From: Trichinella spiralis
Taxonomy: Eukaryota
Length of the DNA: 42,081 nucleotides
NCBI RefSeq assembly: GCF_000181795.1
Contig: NW_003526945.1
Location: 2,253,848-2,295,928 of the forward strand
Direction of reading: 5' to 3'
Shown one piece after another: positions 39,386 to 42,081 of this stretch (position 1 is the first letter of the stretch; every line of letters starts with the position of its first letter). The notes beneath the pieces were generated by a model. The model was not told where the DNA came from and ran no database searches. It was given only the letters and a program-made list of their open reading frames with translations. Position numbers and translations under genes: made by a program.

Positions 39386-39775
39386 AGGAAAGTGGAATAG
39401 ATTAAGCAGGCAACTGTACTTGCTAAGAAGGTCCACAGCTACGACAAAGAAACTGTTTGAATACGACGATGACTACAGAACGCTGGGAAGAACAAGAGTT
39501 GTAATTGTTTCCTTGGTTGAATTCAGGCAAATGTTTTGCTGAGGTGTTTTTACACCAGCAAAATATTTTGCAAGGCAGGCTCCATTAGCAAAGGAATGCA
39601 TTGGAAGAACTGTGTACGTGGTATGAACATATGCCCAATGGATATCAGATGATTTCTATTCACTTGTAATCATCAGTTCAGGTGGAGGAAACTTGTTGAG
39701 AATAGATGAGAATGCATGGACAAGAAAGAAGTTTTGCCTGAATTTAACCCTTACAAAATGGGATGTTGACATTTT

Positions 39776-40808
39776 CTAATGCTGCATCTGTGACGACGAG
39801 CAGGAACAGATTCTGCACATTGCAGATTACCAAAACTTGTCTGCAGGTGACAAGATGAGTAAGTGTTGGAGAAAAGCATTCTCCTGACCTCTAGTCTTTG
39901 GCAGTTTAGGCGGAAGCTCTAGCCTACGATAGACCTGATCGTTAGAGCGTGTCGCTGTGACGTCATTTCAGTATACATAAAGAATGCGCTATCTATTTTC
40001 ACTTCACTTAGTTCTTCCGCGCACAACTGCATTACACGGTCTTTACGTTGGTAGCTTAAGCTAAATAAAATTCATCAGTAAGGTTAGCCCACTGTACCAA
40101 AGGGGAATGATCGCCTTCTGCAGTGTGGTATTTTTCATTGGCTCTCGGCATTGATGAATCTATGGTCCCATACTATGGTCGGCGAAGCTCAAAGATTTTC
40201 ATAAGGGGAAAGCCGATTTGCATGGGCTACAAGGTCTGGATGTTTTGTGGTAGAGATGGTTATCCTTACCACCTAAATATCCATCAAGGAAAGGAATCGG
40301 CATCTGAGAGAGCGCCACACAGAGAAAGAGTTGTCACGAGGATGGTGGATGATGGTCATTGTCAGTTACTCATGTGTGTAAAACATCACGAAATGTATTT
40401 TGATAATTTTTTCACCAGTTATGATACGTCGAAGAAATTATCTGATCTCAATGTACGGGCCACGGGAACAGTTCGACTGAACCACACCGGAAGTACTTTT
40501 GAGTTTTTGACGTCGAACAAAGAGCTCATGAAGCTTCGGAGAAATTCGTATGATTGCTCCTGTGACGGGAAAGTGTACATCGTGAGGTGGCATGACAACG
40601 CAGTCGTCACGGTGGCCAGTAACTGCTGGCAAACTTATAGACGACTTCACACAGTGAACCAGCAGGTGGCTTTCGAACGAAAGGATGTGAAGCATACACG
40701 CTTCATACAAGCTTATAACAGCGGAATGGGCGATACGTACTGCTGCTCGACAAGCTGCTGACTGTCTACCGTCCCACCACGTGAAGGAAAAAGTGCTACT
40801 GGCCATAT
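39776..40808 (+). pseudogene. piggyBac transposase remnant (PGBD2/3-like), frameshifted and split by an LTR insertion
   Basis: SRNRF..LHIADYQNLSAGDKMSK (39800-39863) resumes after the insertion as VSPLY..NDRLLQCGIFH, then IDESMVPYYGR, FIRGKP..GYKVW, YFDNFFTSY, ATGTVR, RWHDNAVVTVASN, YNSGMG. A frameshift follows at the expected MGGVD third Asp, then LLDKLLTVYRPTT*RKKCYWP with an in-frame stop. Confidence 0.92.
39864..40077 (+). mobile_element. Solo LTR (214 bp) with 5-bp target-site duplication GTAAG
   Basis: Starts TGTTGGA and ends TTCATCA (TG...CA, imperfect inverted ends). GTAAG flanks both sides (39859-39863 and 40078-40082). Internal TGACGTCA at 39958, TATA-like TATACATAAA near 39973, AATAAA at 40064. 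Removing it and one GTAAG restores the reading DKMSKVSPLY. Confidence 0.88.
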
Positions 40809-42081
40809 AATAATGACTAACTTTTATGTTTGCATGTTGTTGGATTTAACTGACGCCAAATTTTCGTACCCACAATTCTACACGGATTGGCTGTAGCGGC
40901 TCGATTTGCTGAAAATTTTCAGTAAGTCGAACATCGTCATTCTAATACAGTTCAGGTTAATTTACTTTCGCAATGCTCATCGTGTAATCATGCAGTTCTA
41001 GCTTAACGTGGCTATGCACTACAAAGCAGCTGAGATTACTTGTACTGGCAACATTTGGTCGAATTGATTTGTAATTTTTCAAACTTGATCTGCAATTGAT
41101 TGAGAGCAGTCGTTTGCAGATTGTGATTGAGAATGCATCCATTTCATTTTTTGTTTATTAATTTTTATTGCATTCGTTGCTTCAACATTTGTTATTTGTA
41201 CAGTTTCACTGCGTATTGTTCTGTTGATGTTTGCTCTTATCAGTATCCATGGATAATTATAAATAAGAAATAAAATTTATAATGCAAAATATTGGTGTTG
41301 TTTTGCAACTTATTCATTGGCAACTATGAATAGCCGAATTAAATCATTTGAACTTTTCCAAATCAGTAGTCAATTTTCAGTTGTGAAGAAACTAGATATA
41401 TGAAAAATTGCTTGTTTGTAAACGTATCATAGATTGAGAGAAATTATGCAATATTAGATGAAAAGTGTAATTCATTATGCTCATTTAAATTAATTATTAT
41501 TTCAATATCGTTTGCAATGAATAAAATTGCGCAATTAAAATTTTTTTAATTTAAAGGTTTCTGTATTACAAAAATGAATCTCAGGTACAAATGTTATTAG
41601 AATCAGCAGCATTTCCTGGGGTTATAGGTTGAAGTGTTTGCATAAATATTGCTAAAATTGAATTGTATTTTATACTATCAAGCTTTCATGTTTCATTTCC
41701 TTTCCTGCTAATCCCACTAAAATCGCAACATTATGCAACTTTTTTGACAATATCTCGGCAAATACGCATTTATAAATCGAGAGACCAGGTTTGTAATGAT
41801 CATACTTATTTCTGCTGATCATTTCTAACGCTTGCGCTCTAAAAATATGAATCTGACTGCGTATACAAAGTAATGATATACCCATTGCGGAATAGCAATG
41901 ACGAACGGAGAGATTCGCACAAAATTAGCGCATTTTAATATAATATCTGAGCCAAGAAAACGTACTTTAGTTTGCCAAAAGATGCATCGATGCACCAGTA
42001 GCGAATAGAGGAACAAATAACATCGTAGGTGCTTGGAACTATCTAAAAATCAAGCAATGGCCCTCAGAAAGCTGGAAGATC

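Noticed and set aside
39570..39735. GGGNLLRIDENAWTRKK, resembling the Merlin/IS1595 GGxGxxVEIDE motif
   Set aside because: Too short, and it may instead be decayed piggyBac N-terminal sequence; needs TBLASTN to decide.
40123..40761. 212-aa ORF as a functional or domesticated transposase
   Set aside because: Frameshifts on both sides, the third catalytic Asp motif is disrupted, there is a downstream in-frame stop, and the ORF has no ATG start.
39744..40960. TTAACCCTT at 39744 and CAGGTTAA at 40953-40960 as piggyBac termini
   Set aside because: The inverted match extends only 2 nt beyond TTAA, and the left site is too close to mid-transposase sequence.
1..42081. CRISPR arrays, tRNA, rRNA or prokaryotic systems
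   Set aside because: No repeat-spacer periodicity or recognisable structural RNA seen by eye; the genes are intron-containing and eukaryotic.

Overview
AT-rich eukaryotic genomic DNA with short (about 50-300 nt) GT-AG introns. Composition, intron size and gene content suggest a nematode, possibly Trichinella-like (inference only). I reconstructed seven protein genes by hand-splicing exons in frame: an ornithine decarboxylase-family gene (+), RCAN/calcipressin (-), a divergent BPI/LBP-like gene (+), an RDH11-14-like short-chain dehydrogenase (+), ABHD17 depalmitoylase (-), an 11-exon period/lin-42 orthologue (+), and an orphan single-pass membrane protein ending in a PDZ-binding motif (-). The last 4 kb holds decayed transposons: a MULE/FLYWCH-like remnant and a frameshifted piggyBac transposase interrupted by a 214-bp solo LTR with an exact 5-bp target-site duplication. 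The most interesting observations are (1) a Period that seems to keep the ancestral HLH-like + PAS-A + PAS-B + SYQ + LT architecture, and (2) an ODC with intact catalytic residues but Glu at the Asp332 substrate-specificity position. I found no evidence for a wholly new multi-gene system. All family assignments come from remembered motifs, not database searches.
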